Source of the DNA: Veleropilina oligotropha
Taxonomy: Eukaryota
Direction of reading: 5' to 3'
Assembly (NCBI GenBank): GCA_048128005.1
Contig: JBEUKZ010000010.1
Coordinates: 186,001 to 250,000, forward strand
DNA length: 64,000 nucleotides
Shown piece after piece: positions 43,755 to 55,018 of this stretch. Position 1 is the stretch's first letter; each line of letters opens with the position of its first letter. The position numbers and the translations under genes were made by a program. The notes below the pieces were generated by a model. That model had not been told where the DNA came from. It made no database searches and saw only the letters and a program-made list of their open reading frames with translations.

Positions 43755-46706
43755 CTATAGCCTTCCCTGTCTCTTAAAGTGCTCATCCAAACGATTTTTA
43801 AATTGATTTACTGATGTGGACTCCACCACCTTGACAGGAAGGGCATTCCACTCATCTACAACTCGGTTTGAGAAAAAGTATTTTCTAACATCTAGCCTGA
43901 CCCTCTTTTTGTAAATCATGAACTTATGCCCCCTTGTTTTATTATGGTTCAACTGGAAAAAATAACTAATATCAAGATTGTCTTTTCCTGTAAACATTTT
44001 AAATACTTGAATCATGTCACCTCTTATCCTACGCAACGTTAATGTTGTAAGATCAAGGCTTCTGAGCCTATCCTCATATGTCAACTCTCTGATTTCACCT
44101 ACCAATTTTGTGGCTCTCCTTTGTACTTGTTCCAATAGTTGGATATCCTTTGAGAGGTATGGATTCCATGCTTGCACCGCATATTCTAAATGTGGTCTAA
44201 CCAGTTGCTTGTATAAACGTGTTATGATGCCTTTTGACTTAAAAGTAAAATTACGCTTTATCATTCCTAATATTTGGTTTCCCTTTTTAGCTGCTTCGAT
44301 ACATTGATTTGATGGTTTCAGTGAATTATCAATCCATACACCCAAATCTTTCTCTTTTGTCACTACTTCTAGGTCATCTCCTCCCATTTTATAACAATAT
44401 TTTTTGTTTTTGTGACCCACATGCATTACCTTACATTTGGTTGTATTGAAAAGCATTTGCCAGTCATCGGACCACTTAACCAGATTATTTAGATCGGTCT
44501 GAAGTTTCCTTGCATCTTGTTCAGTTTCTATTATTCTGTAAAGTTTAGTGTCGTCAGCAAACTTTTTCACTAGAGATGTAATAGCGCCATCAATGTCATT
44601 CAAGTAGATTAGAAATAGCAATGGACCCAAGACCGAGCCTTGAGGGACTCCACTTAATACACTCTCCCATTTTGACTTAACCCCATTTACAACAACTCTC
44701 TGTTTTCTATTATGTAACCACATTTCTATCCACGTCAATATTGGTCCTTTAATACCATGATTACTCAATTTTTGTATTAGTCGTTTATGTGGAACCTTAT
44801 CAAATGCTTTTTGAAAATCAAGATATATAATATCAACCGGCTTGCCATGATCTATTGCATTTGTAACATCCTCTAAGAATTCAAGAAGATTTGTTAAACA
44901 TGATCGTTTCTCCATAAATCCATGCTGACTGGTGTTTAACAAGCTATATTTGTTCAAATGGTCTAATATAACATCCTTTAAAATAGATTCCATCATTTTG
45001 CCTACTATTGATGTTAGACTAACAGGTCGATAATTTTGTGCACTAGAGCGACTTCCCTTTTTAAATATAGGAGTTATATTACCAATTTTCCAATCATCTG
45101 GCAATCTTCCTTCGCTAAGTGATTTGCTGAATATATTTGCTATTGGCTTCAACAATTCATGCTTTCCGACTTTTAAAAACTTGGAATATATACTATCAGG
45201 GCCAGGGGCTTTGTTTATCTTTAAGAGGTCTATCTTTTTTTCAATCAGTGCAGGAGTAATTTCAACCGATTCACAAAAGTTACCAATGTCTTTAAAAATA
45301 TCTTTTATTGGGGGCATATTCGCGGTATCCTCCAATGTATACACGGATGCAAAGTAGTTATTCAAAGATTCTGATATTTCCGCATCATCAGTCATTATAT
45401 TACCCTTTTCATCTTTCAATGGACCTACGACATCTTTTGTTTTTTGTTTTGACCTTACATATGCATAAAATGATTTTGGATTTTCCTTGACATTTTTTGC
45501 TAAATTTTCTTCAAACATTTTCTTTGCTGCACGGATTTCTTTTTTACATAATTTCTCACACTCCTTATAATTTTCATGATCTTTGGTTTCTTTTGACTCC
45601 CTGTAACGTCTCCAACGTTTATATTTTCTTCTTACAGATTTCTTTACCTTTCTCGTTAACCAGGGGGGTGAATTATTTTTGCGTCTGCGTTTTAGTGGAA
45701 CATTTGCATTCATTATCGCTTCTATGTTTTTACGGAATACTTCCCAAGAGTCCCTAGCATCTAGATTTTCAAGATCCTGCCAGTTTATGTCTCGAAGATC
45801 TGACGTTATTTGGTCGATATTCGCTTTCCGAAAATCCGGTATTTCTTGCTTGCTTGTTTTAATAATTGTTTTAATATGAAGCTCAAATTCTATTAAATCA
45901 TGGTCGCTGCTCCCTAATTTCCCAATTCCATGTATATTTTGCACCATATTTAGTTCACTAGAAAAAACTAAATCCAAAACATTATCACCTCTTGTTGGAA
46001 AATCAACATGTTGATGCATAAATCCATTCTGTATCGTTGTCAAAAAATCCTGACCCGCTTTCCCACTTTGCATCGAGTTCCAATTTATACCTGGGTAGTT
46101 AAAATCCCCCATAATTAACACATTGTATCCGAAAACTTGTTCTAATGTAGTGTATAGGTTAGTATTGTTCTCTTCTGCGCTATTTGGTGATCTATAAACA
46201 ATACCCACTACAATGGAATCTTTTTTATTATTACTGGTCATAATTTCACACCAAACTGAATTTTGAAAAGTGTTTATCTTAATATCATCACGAGAAACAG
46301 CATTTAATCCATCTTTTATGTATAGCAAGACCCCCCCTCCTCTACCGTTTTGAGTATCTCTTCTATCCTCTCTGTACAGCTTATATCCCAATAAATTTAA
46401 CTCTGCGTCTGTTATGTTGATATTTGTCCACGACTCTGTAACTCCTAAAACATCAGGGTCATGAATATCCCTTAGTGTTTCCAATTCTGCCATCTTATTC
46501 ATTATACTCTGTGCATTTGTAAATATAACTTTAAGCTGTTTTTTATCTAGGTCTGATTTCTTGTTCTTTTTCTTTTGTGGTCCAGAAACACGTTTATGTT
46601 TATCGGTATTATGATGTACGCTCTTTGCATCATTACGATGAATGTTATCCTGTTCTGCTTTGCTGTCACATATTGCTTCACCCTCATCCCCCTTTATTAG
46701 TTTAAA
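43755..46706 (-). CDS. CR1 ORF2: AP endonuclease + reverse transcriptase (intact)
   Basis: FTNAQS, VTESW, GGGV, YRSP, MGDFN, LDLV, SDH; KAPGPD, NYRPVSLTS, DFQKAFD, GVPQGSVLGP, FADD. The frame stays open 68 codons upstream of the ATG at 46502. Confidence 0.93.
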   Translation of the reverse strand, partial: FKLIKGDEGEAICDSKAEQDNIHRNDAKSVHHNTDKHKRVSGPQKKKNKKSDLDKKQLKVIFTNAQSIMNKMAELETLRDIHDPDVLGVTESWTNINITDAELNLLGYKLYREDRRDTQNGRGGGVLLYIKDGLNAVSRDDIKINTFQNSVWCEIMTSNNKKDSIVVGIVYRSPNSAEENNTNLYTTLEQVFGYNVLIMGDFNYPGINWNSMQSGKAGQDFLTTIQNGFMHQHVDFPTRGDNVLDLVFSSELNMVQNIHGIGKLGSSDHDLIEFELHIKTIIKTSKQEIPDFRKANIDQITSDLRDINWQDLENLDARDSWEVFRKNIEAIMNANVPLKRRRKNNSPPWLTRKVKKSVRRKYKRWRRYRESKETKDHENYKECEKLCKKEIRAAKKMFEENLAKNVKENPKSFYAYVRSKQKTKDVVGPLKDEKGNIMTDDAEISESLNNYFASVYTLEDTANMPPIKDIFKDIGNFCESVEITPALIEKKIDLLKINKAPGPDSIYSKFLKVGKHELLKPIANIFSKSLSEGRLPDDWKIGNITPIFKKGSRSSAQNYRPVSLTSIVGKMMESILKDVILDHLNKYSLLNTSQHGFMEKRSCLTNLLEFLEDVTNAIDHGKPVDIIYLDFQKAFDKVPHKRLIQKLSNHGIKGPILTWIEMWLHNRKQRVVVNGVKSKWESVLSGVPQGSVLGPLLFLIYLNDIDGAITSLVKKFADDTKLYRIIETEQDARKLQTDLNNLVKWSDDWQMLFNTTKCKVMHVGHKNKKYCYKMGGDDLEVVTKEKDLGVWIDNSLKPSNQCIEAAKKGNQILGMIKRNFTFKSKGIITRLYKQLVRPHLEYAVQAWNPYLSKDIQLLEQVQRRATKLVGEIRELTYEDRLRSLDLTTLTLRRIRGDMIQVFKMFTGKDNLDISYFFQLNHNKTRGHKFMIYKKRVRLDVRKYFFSNRVVDEWNALPVKVVESTSVNQFKNRLDEHFKRQGRL

Positions 46707-46876
46707 TGCTCCGTAATTGCTCGATTAATGGCCCTAGCCAACACATCTGCACCCTCCAGTGAAGGGTGCAGACCATCCCGGAAAAACCACTCTCGCCTAC
46801 CCTCAAATTTATCCCACACATCAAAATATCCAAACCCCTCTAAAAGACAATACTCACGTAACCAGTTGTTTACCTG
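46697..46876 (-). pseudogene. CR1 ORF1 C-terminus (SGNH/GDSL esterase-like)
   Basis: QVNNWLREYC...FDVWDKF...FFRDGLHPSLEGADVLARAINRAITEHLN-stop; DGLH catalytic motif. Confidence 0.85.
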
Positions 46877-47245
46877 TAATACACTAAACCTTTAACTAAC
46901 GACACAATACTATATGATCAGGGAACTAACTAAACATGTAACAAAAAGTACTAGTAGTAAATAGTCCTAGAGTAATAATACACTAAACCTTTAATGAAAG
47001 TCCACAGTCCTGAACAAGAGTCTAGAGCTGCAACTGTCGCAGGTTAAATGGCGCCGCCGAAGATTGACCCATGCAAGGGAGGTAACCCATCGTCAACTTA
47101 GTTTCAATACACTTCCGGGTATCGGCCGTAACTCTTCAGTGTTTCAATATTATTTTAATAAAATAAATCACTGACAGATGACTAAATCAATATGAAAGCA
47201 ACACTAACATCTTTGACACCCTGCAAAATAGCTTATCTACTACGA

Positions 47246-47385
47246 GGCCGCTTCGACAGTCTTGTCGTTTCGGTTGCAGACTCCTAAAAACACTTTCATT
47301 CTGGTGACGCGAACATTAGTGGGTTCGAACATCGGTTGAGACATGACAGTATTTATTTAAGTTATGAATCACAGTTGTCCGTAAT
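47246..47385 (+). mobile_element. SINE family 2 5' part (3' tail fragment at about 47876-47925)
   Basis: GGCCGCTTCG head, GGGTTCGAA B-box, AGTTATGAATCACAGTTGTCCGT. Confidence 0.65.
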
Positions 47386-47978
47386 ATGTTGTAGGCAGCA
47401 CCTAGATACGAACGCAGAAGAGAGATTATACACAAATAAAAATTATGAAATCCGTACCGTGCGATGTCTTCTTAATTTTGGAAACCGAACGCTATTCGTA
47501 ACGTCTAGTGTAAGCTGACACACATATTCCACGACGTCATGCATTGTGGCTAAAATACGCATATTCTCTGACGTCACAAATATTTCAAAACTTCATGCCA
47601 TTCTTTTGGCAAACGATATGCATAGATGATAGTAATGGGTTATGTCAAGTTGTCACATTATTATCATTTATTATACTTCGATGCTTTGAAGTTTAAAATC
47701 GGCCGTTTCCCCATAATTACGTTGTTTTGCATATCTCGATGGTGCGAGATTTTGGTACTCCAATGTAAAAAGATCAAGTGATCAACACAAAACGTTCGAA
47801 ACATGGCTGACTCTCGGGCGTGCGGAGTGGTCAATTCGTGATCATCCAGTTCAAGTTGCAAAGTATGTGATAATATGGACATGTCCTGCTTTGAACTTAA
47901 TGGTTGGAAATATACAGGACATTAACCTCCTGGCCACCGACTTACCGAGGACCAAATTCGACATATTTTGGTATCTCA

Positions 47979-48401
47979 AGCCCCGTTTACATTACCAAAT
48001 ATAAGCCGGTTCGAAACCGGTTTAAAATAATGCGCATTATATTTGCATGTCTAAACGCAAATAAGTCGACTTGAACCCGCTTAAAAAGAACCACCTCCTG
48101 ATGTGGTTTGGAGCCGGCTTGAGAATTTTAATCAGATCCAGTTTGTAATGTAAACGCGCCAACTGACTTCAAACCGGTTAGCCTCGATTTGAGTCGTATG
48201 CCTGTACATGATTCGACCTGTTGAGCAATGTTTATTTTGGCACTTCGGCAAAATATGCCTCTCGCCGACCTCCGATTACAAGGTGATAACACCCACAGAA
48301 ATAATCCTTGTGTCTAAACGCAATTTAAGCCGGATTATTATAAACCGGTTCGAAACCAATTTATTTTAATGCGCATTATACTTGGTAGTGTAAACGGGGC
48401 T
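47979..48401. mobile_element. MITE, PIF/Harbinger-like, same family as 19504-19884
   Basis: TIR AGCCCCGTTTACAYTACCAA; shared internal CACCCACAGAAATAAT in reverse orientation. Confidence 0.78.
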
Positions 48402-49087
48402 TAAGTAACAGTTGGTTAGTACCATTATAATCATATCATAACATATATTACATGACCTTTAATTTAGAAATTTTAAATTATTAAAATAAGGTCTCATGAA
48501 CTCATTATATATTCAAAATGGCCACCACCATGATCAAGAATTCTGATATTTTCAACTTCAACCCTATATTCTTATATTTAATCACATATCATGTTGTATA
48601 TCATTTATATTCAGATAGTATATTCAATTTGCTACAAAAGGAGACATAGAAACGCATTTATATTGCGATATTAGAGATTTTATTCCAATATACCAAATAT
48701 TTCGTAATGATAAGATATTATACTACATATAAATCAGCATTTTGATACCTACCAATAAACTGAAAAACCACATTGAAGATCTAATAAAACATGTTACATA
48801 TGAATAATATTTGTAGGAACTGTAATTTGGAATGCCTAAATTTCCTAATATACCACTTGGTCTAATTATAATGTCAGAAGAGGGGAGTGGGGTTCAACTG
48901 GTACATAATTATTGGGATCATTATCCGCATCTGAAAGACCGTCATCCGAATCATTCAAATTATTCAATTCAATATCATTCAAATCGTCTAACATTTGTAA
49001 AATAACAATCATTTCACCAATTCATCTAACATAGCATGTATCGTCTGCCATTTTTGAAAAAATGACGTAATTATTCACCATTGGTAA

Positions 49088-50374
49088 GGCCAAACAAAAT
49101 TAATGTTGTGGTTCAGGTAACATCACTTAAAAAATTAGGGTAGGGGGTGCAAAAAAAGTTTTTATTTTGACATTTATTTTTATTTTCAACCAAGATCAAC
49201 ATTTTATAACACATCACGTTCTGATGATACTCTGGTCATTCCAAAGGCAATATAGGTCACGTACAAATGTGAGCAACCTTAAATGAAGGTTGTTGGTACA
49301 CAATTTATGTGATATAAAATATGTATGTACGTTATCAACTTTTAACAGGATCAACATTTTATAATAGGCCTACATCACGTTCTGATGATACTCTGGCCAT
49401 TCCAAAGGCAAAATAGGTCACATACAAATGTGAGCAACCTTAAATGAAGGTTGCTGGTACACAATTTATGTGATATAAAATATGTATGTACATGTTATCA
49501 AATTTTAATAGGAACATGCTTTGAATCAACAATTCAACAATTATATCATCTGCACTGTAATTGTCTATATTATTGAAGATTATAGCATGTGGACTGGGAC
49601 ATTAAATAGCAAAAGTCTTTCTACAATTGCAATGGGTGCATTTGTCTATGTATATAGCAAAAACACTTGCACACCCATGTGCCATATTAGCGTCCACGTG
49701 GCATCTGATAAAAAGTCAAAAAACCAATGTACCAAGAACAGCTGAACCCCGTTGCTACGACAACAGTTTTCATCTGATATCACTGGCTCGGGCGTTTCCG
49801 TGTTGCGCAGACCGAACACTTTTAACGCTGTAGTGCCGCGGTCGGAACTAATCGTGTTTTGTCGCCAAACCAAAAATTTACATCTGGCGCCTAAGCCCGC
49901 AATGAGAATAACGTAAACAAAAGCAGTTCTCCATTTCATACTGGTAGTTCATTTTTATCAGACACTGGTTGTAACCTGAAACCTAAACGCCAGAAATATT
50001 AAGTGATGGAAAGCTAATCTCGAGGAATGCTCGCTGTAATTTTAAAAGAACAGCTGCAATGACTTTCCGACATTGACACATGGGAAAACAGTTAAGTGTC
50101 AACCGTCGCAATTTATTTCTCTTCGGTGGGATGTTTTTTTATATTACTTCAGTCTTGTAATGTTACATTGCAGCGGTTTTCATGTTTCTGCTTCAAATGG
50201 AGATTGAAACTGGCATACTTCTGGTATTAAATATAGTATATATTCAAATGCAACACAATTTCAACAGCATGAATTTTTTAATTCCGATATTTTTTCTCTG
50301 ATAAACTTTAGGGTCGGCGGTAATAAATAGGGTCGGTCGGGTTACCGGAACCTCAACATTATTTTTACTACGCC
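49088..50374. mobile_element. Non-autonomous DNA transposon with TAA target duplication and an internal ~160-bp tandem dimer (49194-49512)
   Basis: Degenerate ~34-bp TIR GGC...AATGTTGWGGTTCMGGTAAC; TAA at 49085-49087 and 50375-50377; subterminal TAGGGTMGG motifs. Confidence 0.7.
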
Positions 50375-50639
50375 TAATCGTAAATAATATGTATCTATAT
50401 TCTTTGTCCTCGTTCTAAATGATAGCGTAATTATTACTAGTCATTTTAATCAGAAACTTGAACATGGCCAAGCAATGCAATTTCTATACTTTTATCAGAC
50501 ATTAGCAGTACATTAGGCCAAGGCGCAGTACACTGCGCTCAGGTGGCTATGAGGTTAAGGTTCGATCCTTACCGTTCCTTTATTTTGACATGTTCAAAAG
50601 ACACCACATCTCAAAGTTATATGGTTACCCTAGATTAAA

Positions 50640-51020
50640 ATCGTTAAAATCTAGTCGTTATCCAGTGGCAAGCCTACGTTTCACTGGCATTGTCCAACAC
50701 TAGGGGTCACAACTCACGGTTGCTCCAATTTCAGTGCAACCAAGACGCCTACTCGTACTCCTTCTTTCCCCGCACCATCTGCGACTGGAACAGACTTGAG
50801 AAGGACCCGCTGCTCTCTTCATCCATCGTCTCCTTCAGAGCGTGGATAAAGAACTCATCAGATTGACCACCTGTCACTTCTTGTTTTTAACCATGCACTG
50901 TAAATACGTCGCACACATCTTTTTATTAAAGGATTCCCGTCCCGTGCATGCACACGTACGCACTGCGTTTCTCCTCGATCATTTGAGATCGCACTTTCCT
51001 GGAAGAAGAAGAAGATTATT
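50640..51020 (+). mobile_element. LINE 3' fragment with (GAA)n tail
   Basis: NTRGHNSRLLQ...YSYSFFPRTICDWNRL ORF2 end; GAAGAAGAAGAAG tail. Confidence 0.7.
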
Positions 51021-51236
51021 ATTTCATACTTCACTGAATTATGTACTGCCATGTTACGTTGTCTATTTATTTATTGACGTTCTTTATTATGATACAAAAA
51101 TAGAACCAATTATTTAAGATGTTAATTTCCAACGCAGGTTGCCATTTTGATTTATAATATTAATTGTGTGCCATGTAGGAATATTTTTATGCAAGCCAAC
51201 CAGCATACAGTAACATTCATTCTTATTTTTAGGACC

Positions 51237-51282
51237 ATGAAGATTGTGGTGACCAATCAGATTATACAGATCCCCAAGGGGA
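51237..51282 (+). CDS. RPL9: 60S ribosomal protein L9 (uL6), first coding exon
   Basis: tttttAG|GACC ATG; MKIVVTNQIIQIPKG plus 1 nt; GTAAGT donor; 46 nt, phase 1. Confidence 0.88.
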
Positions 51283-52338
51283 GTAAGTAGTACTATGTGG
51301 GTTAAAGGGGAGTAAATTGTTACGGTATGTATGCCGCGACATACCACGACCGTGTGTGTTGCTGTGAGCATTGTTTTCATCCATCCATTTCAGATTTTTT
51401 CACCACTTTTTTGTCATTTAGAGAAATACAAATTTTCTGAAACTTTACTGTAAACTATAGACCAACTAACCACATCATGGGTTAGATTCAGTTCAAATAT
51501 TGGGAATTTTTTTGAAAACGTGCTTCTTGGCCAAATTTTTTGTGATGTTGAACATATTCTCATGCATGGATGCAGTTAATTTTCTCACAATTCTTTATTT
51601 AGCTTTCTGAAATTTCACAGATCAACAGTAGGATGTTCGATTATTGGGAGTTTATTTTGTAAACTTGTTGTTTTATTGGCAATTTTAAGTCTTTAAACTT
51701 TGTCTCTGGGGGAAAATCTGAATCTGAATTTTAATCTACAAACCTCATGAGAGTATGACGTTGCTATTGTCTGTGTGATTTCAGTCTTGTTTTGAAAGTG
51801 TCAAGATTGGAGCTTTCGACAATGAATGCGCTGAGATTATTCCAAGGCATAATCGTGTTAACGAAGAATGAGTTTTATACACTGTGGAATTGGATTGAAT
51901 ATTTTTAAATTTTGTAGCGGTGATTTGAGCAGGTTCTGTGATCTGCTGGAATCGATACGTCATCAGTAGGAATTTTGCCAGATGGTGAACAATCTTATAG
52001 AGCGTTGTAATTCGTGCGCCTGTCAGCCAAAGTCTCCCATTGAAGTTCTGTCATCATCGTGTAACGCTGCTGGTGTAATTGTAGTCATTTTTTACAAATC
52101 GGGCAGCTCGTCTTTGTACCTTCTCAATGGAGTTTATGTCTTTCCTTAAATGAGGATCACAAATAGTGCAGCTATATTCGAGCACGGATCTTACTAAGCT
52201 GACATATGCTGCCTCCTTTTGTTGGACATCCTTCAGGTTTCAACGCAGAAATGCCAGGGTGTTGTTCAATTTTTTGGTGATTGTCGAGACATGGGCTGAC
52301 CACTAAATTGTTGGTGATGTATACACCCAGATATTTTG

Positions 52339-52565
52339 TTTTTATGCCACCACCAATTTATTGGGGTGGCATTTAGATTTACTCTTGTCCGTCCCGTCCC
52401 GTCCGTCCGTCCCGTCCCGTCCCGAAACCAGTATTTGCGTGTAAGCAACTCCAATCTGCTATAACTTCTATTTGCCTTCATGGATTGACTTCATACTTTG
52501 TACACTGCCCCTATGGTCAAGGCTGCCAGTGGGGGCATTCGTGTCCGATGGACATATTTCTAGTT
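52339..52565 (+). mobile_element. HINE/DINE-1-like (Helentron-associated) non-autonomous element
   Basis: 5' hairpin TGCCACC..CCAAT/ATTGG.GGTGGCA, (GTCC/GTCCC)n microsatellite, 3' GGGGCAT plus TGTCC/GGACA hairpin and CTAG end, T-rich flanks. Confidence 0.75.
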
Positions 52566-52984
52566 TGAACCTCCTTCAATATTTGGTCATTGATGGTATA
52601 ATATTTTGTTAGCAGTTTTTTCCCCCTGGATACCCGCATGACCATACACTTTTCTGTATTGAAGGAGGTCTGGACATACCCCAGATGTCACACCACTTTA
52701 CAAGAGGTTTGAGATCATCAAGTTGTTGTTGGTCTTCTGGTTCTTCAATGGGGTGGTACAAAAGGCAGTCATCTGCGAATAGTCGTACATTCGATGTTAC
52801 ATTGCTTGGGAGGCAATTAATGTGCAGAAGGAATAGAATACGAGCAAGCACGGTACATTGGGGTACTCCGGATTCCACATGTACTAGATCAGAGTAAACC
52901 CCTTCCACAACCACTCTCTGTTCACGACACTTTAGAAATGTAGTCTGCCATTTATGTATGTTGCCGCTAATGCCATAATGACTC

Positions 52985-53586
52985 TGTCGTGGCTCAGTGG
53001 GTTGTTCTCAGGACTCTGGTGGCAGAGTCACGAGTTCGCCCCCAAAGCTCGGCGATTTCACTTGGGCAAGGAAATAAGCACATATTTGCCTCGGTTCACC
53101 CAGCCGACTTAAATGGGTACCTGGTCGGTGTGATAATTAGTCGTAGCGCCCTTCAGTGGCAGCTTGACTGTAATGCTCTCATTGAGAGTTGAGATGGGTT
53201 CTAGATCAGAACAGGCCGATAACCAGGGGTAATTATGTGATAGCGCTGTGGGAGGAATTATGCTTAATGTCCTGTATATTTATAACATCGAGGTTCAAGG
53301 CAGGACATGTCTGTGTTATCGCGGGAGGAAACCCCGGTCGCCGGGTAAACCCGCCCTCTTCGGCCAGTCACGGACAACTGTGCTTCATAACTTGAACAAA
53401 TGTGTGCTGCCTCAGCTGGGGGTCGATCCCACTACTGTTCGCGTCAGCGGAAACAAGCCAGTGAATTTAGAGTGGACACTCTACCCACTGCGCTACCGAA
53501 GCGGCCCTGATAGCGTTGTGAGCGTGCGACCTGGGCGGATACGGCGCAATATAAATGTCCATTATTATTATTATTATTATTATTAA
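52985..53586 (+). mobile_element. SINE family 1, full length with (ATT)n tail, interrupted by a family 2 SINE
   Basis: A-box TGGCTCAGTGG, B-box GAGTTCG, shared core, AATGA duplicated at the flanks. Confidence 0.85.
53251..53507 (-). mobile_element. SINE family 2, full length, nested in SINE family 1
   Basis: 13-bp TSD TGATAGCGYTGTG (53238-53250 and 53508-53520); head GGGCCGCTTCGGTAGCGCAGTGG; GGTTTACCCGG...GGTTTCCTCCC V-domain-like core. Confidence 0.85.
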
Positions 53587-54020
53587 ATGAGTAAGCTTTC
53601 TGAGGAGTCGATCATAGGGTATGTTGTCAAACACTTGACTCCAGTCCAAGACTGCCATGTCTAGCCATGCCATGTTTGGGTTCCATTGCTTCATTATGTC
53701 ATTGTGATTAGTTGACATTCTCAGGATCTTGCTTGGCGGAAACCGTGTTGGTATTGCGTTAAGATATTGTATGATTCTAAGTGTTTGGCGATGTGTTTAA
53801 ATAATGTGCTCCAGTGTTTTGCAACAGATACTGGTTAATAATATTGGTCTGTAGTTTTGTGGCTGGTGTCTACTGTCCTTCTTGTACAGCTGTAGGAGAG
53901 ATGTATGCCTGTGTCCAATCACTGCGGCCAATATGGGCAGGGTACAACCGCCACTTAATGGCAACCACTTGCTATTTTTAAGACCACAGTTGAGATATTT
54001 TTCATTTTTCAAGAATTTAT

Positions 54021-54215
54021 CTGCTGCGGTCGCAAAGTAATGATCGGATTATGGTTCAGGTTGGGGTACCACACTCTGACTGCAGTTGAATATAATCCAG
54101 AGTTAGACCTTCGCCTTAGCTGCTGCGGTCGCAAAGTAATGATCGGATTATGGTTCAGGTTGGGGTACCACACTCTGACTGCAGTTGAATATAATCCAGA
54201 GTTAGACCTTCGCCG
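54021..54215. repeat. Perfect ~95-bp tandem duplication (period 99)
   Basis: CTGCTGCGGTCGCAAAG...GACCTTCGCC at 54021 and 54120. Confidence 0.92.
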
Positions 54216-54339
54216 GCGGCAGCTCATTCTTCAGCTTAATGTTATTAATAAATAAATCTTTAACTTGCCATTCAGATTAATGTAAGTTTTTCATACTCGC
54301 TAATTCGTCCTCATCAAGTTATATTTCTACTAATTTCAG

Positions 54340-54545
54340 TCGAGGTAAAAGTAAAGGGACGTAAAGTCTCTGTGAAGGGCAAACGGGGATTCCTGGTGCG
54401 GAACTTCAACCACTTATCCATCAACATCATCCCCCTGACGAAGCGGACCATCAAAGTGGAGAAATGGTTTGGGAAGAAGAAGGAATTGGCCGCCGTCCGA
54501 ACCGTGTGCTCCCACATAGAGAACATGTTTAAAGGAGTAACCTAT
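54340..54545 (+). CDS. RPL9: RPL9 coding exon 2
   Basis: tttcAG|EVKVKGRKVSVKGKRG...KWFGKKKELAAVRTVCSHIENMFKGVTY|GTAAGT. Confidence 0.95.
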
Positions 54546-54728
54546 GTAAGTGCTATGAAAACAGTTCAAGCAGTTATCAATAATACATAAATAAATGAAT
54601 TCTATCATCCTGATTTCACATCACAGTATCAACAAAATTAAAGTATTTTGTATTCTTCTTGCATTTTATGAAACCAGTTGATCCATAGATCTGCTTCATT
54701 CAGGAAACTCGGGCGCTTTGTTTTTCAG

Positions 54729-54942
54729 GGATTTCTGTACAAGATGCGGTCGGTGTACGCGCATTTCCCCATCAACGTCAACATCATCGAGGACGGCACC
54801 CTGGTGGAGATTCGGAACTTCCTGGGCGAGAAGCACATCCGTCGAGTGTCCATGCTGGAGGGCGTGAAGTGCACCGTGTCCACTGCCCTGAAGGACGAGT
54901 TCCTGATCCAGGGCAACAACATCGAGCTGGTGTCCAGGACAG
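54729..54942 (+). CDS. RPL9: RPL9 coding exon 3
   Basis: tttc[19 protein letters not shown]...EIRNFLGEK...[16 protein letters not shown]. Confidence 0.96.
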
Positions 54943-55018
54943 GTATGCTATAAAGGCCCGCTCCATTTGGACATGTTCTCGCTGGATGCAAACAACACTT
55001 TCTTGAACATATAGAAAC

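Larger units (their letters stand above)
43674..46876 (-). mobile_element. CR1-clade LINE, 5' truncated within ORF1, inserted in the LTR
   Basis: Intact APE-RT ORF2, esterase-type ORF1 end, short (TTTAAG) tail, TTAACT duplicated at 43668-43673 and 46892-46897. Confidence 0.92.
42251..47138 (-). mobile_element. Internally deleted Gypsy-like LTR retrotransposon (5' LTR 47138-43350 split by CR1; 3' LTR 42653-42251)
   Basis: Near-identical direct repeats starting TGAAGAGTTACGG on the minus strand; G8 polypurine tract 42654-42661; integrase C-terminal remnant; GTGTT on both flanks. Confidence 0.85.
51990..53900 (-). mobile_element. Decayed LINE RT fragment in an RPL9 intron, carrying nested insertions
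   Basis: NYRPILLTSICCK, FDNIPYDRLLRKL, SGVPQ...VRLFADDCLLY, YASLVRSVLEY pieces. Confidence 0.78.

Noticed and set aside
50330..50350. GGGTCGGTCGGGTTACCGG shared between the TAA-TSD transposon end and the DIRS leader (2425-2447)
   Set aside because: Short, low-complexity and absent from DIRS copy D; cannot be distinguished from chance.
50755..50775. CTCCTTCTTTCCCC as the RPL9 TOP/TCT start site
   Set aside because: It is the YSFFPRT codons of a LINE 3' fragment; co-option cannot be shown from sequence alone.
51114..51380. Minus-strand ORF MKTMLTATHTVV resembling the RPL9 N-terminus (inverted exon)
   Set aside because: A proper plus-strand exon with correct splice sites and phase exists at 51237-51282.
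52985..53060. tRNA genes at A/B-box-containing sequences
   Set aside because: They continue into shared SINE bodies and tails and do not form clean cloverleaves.
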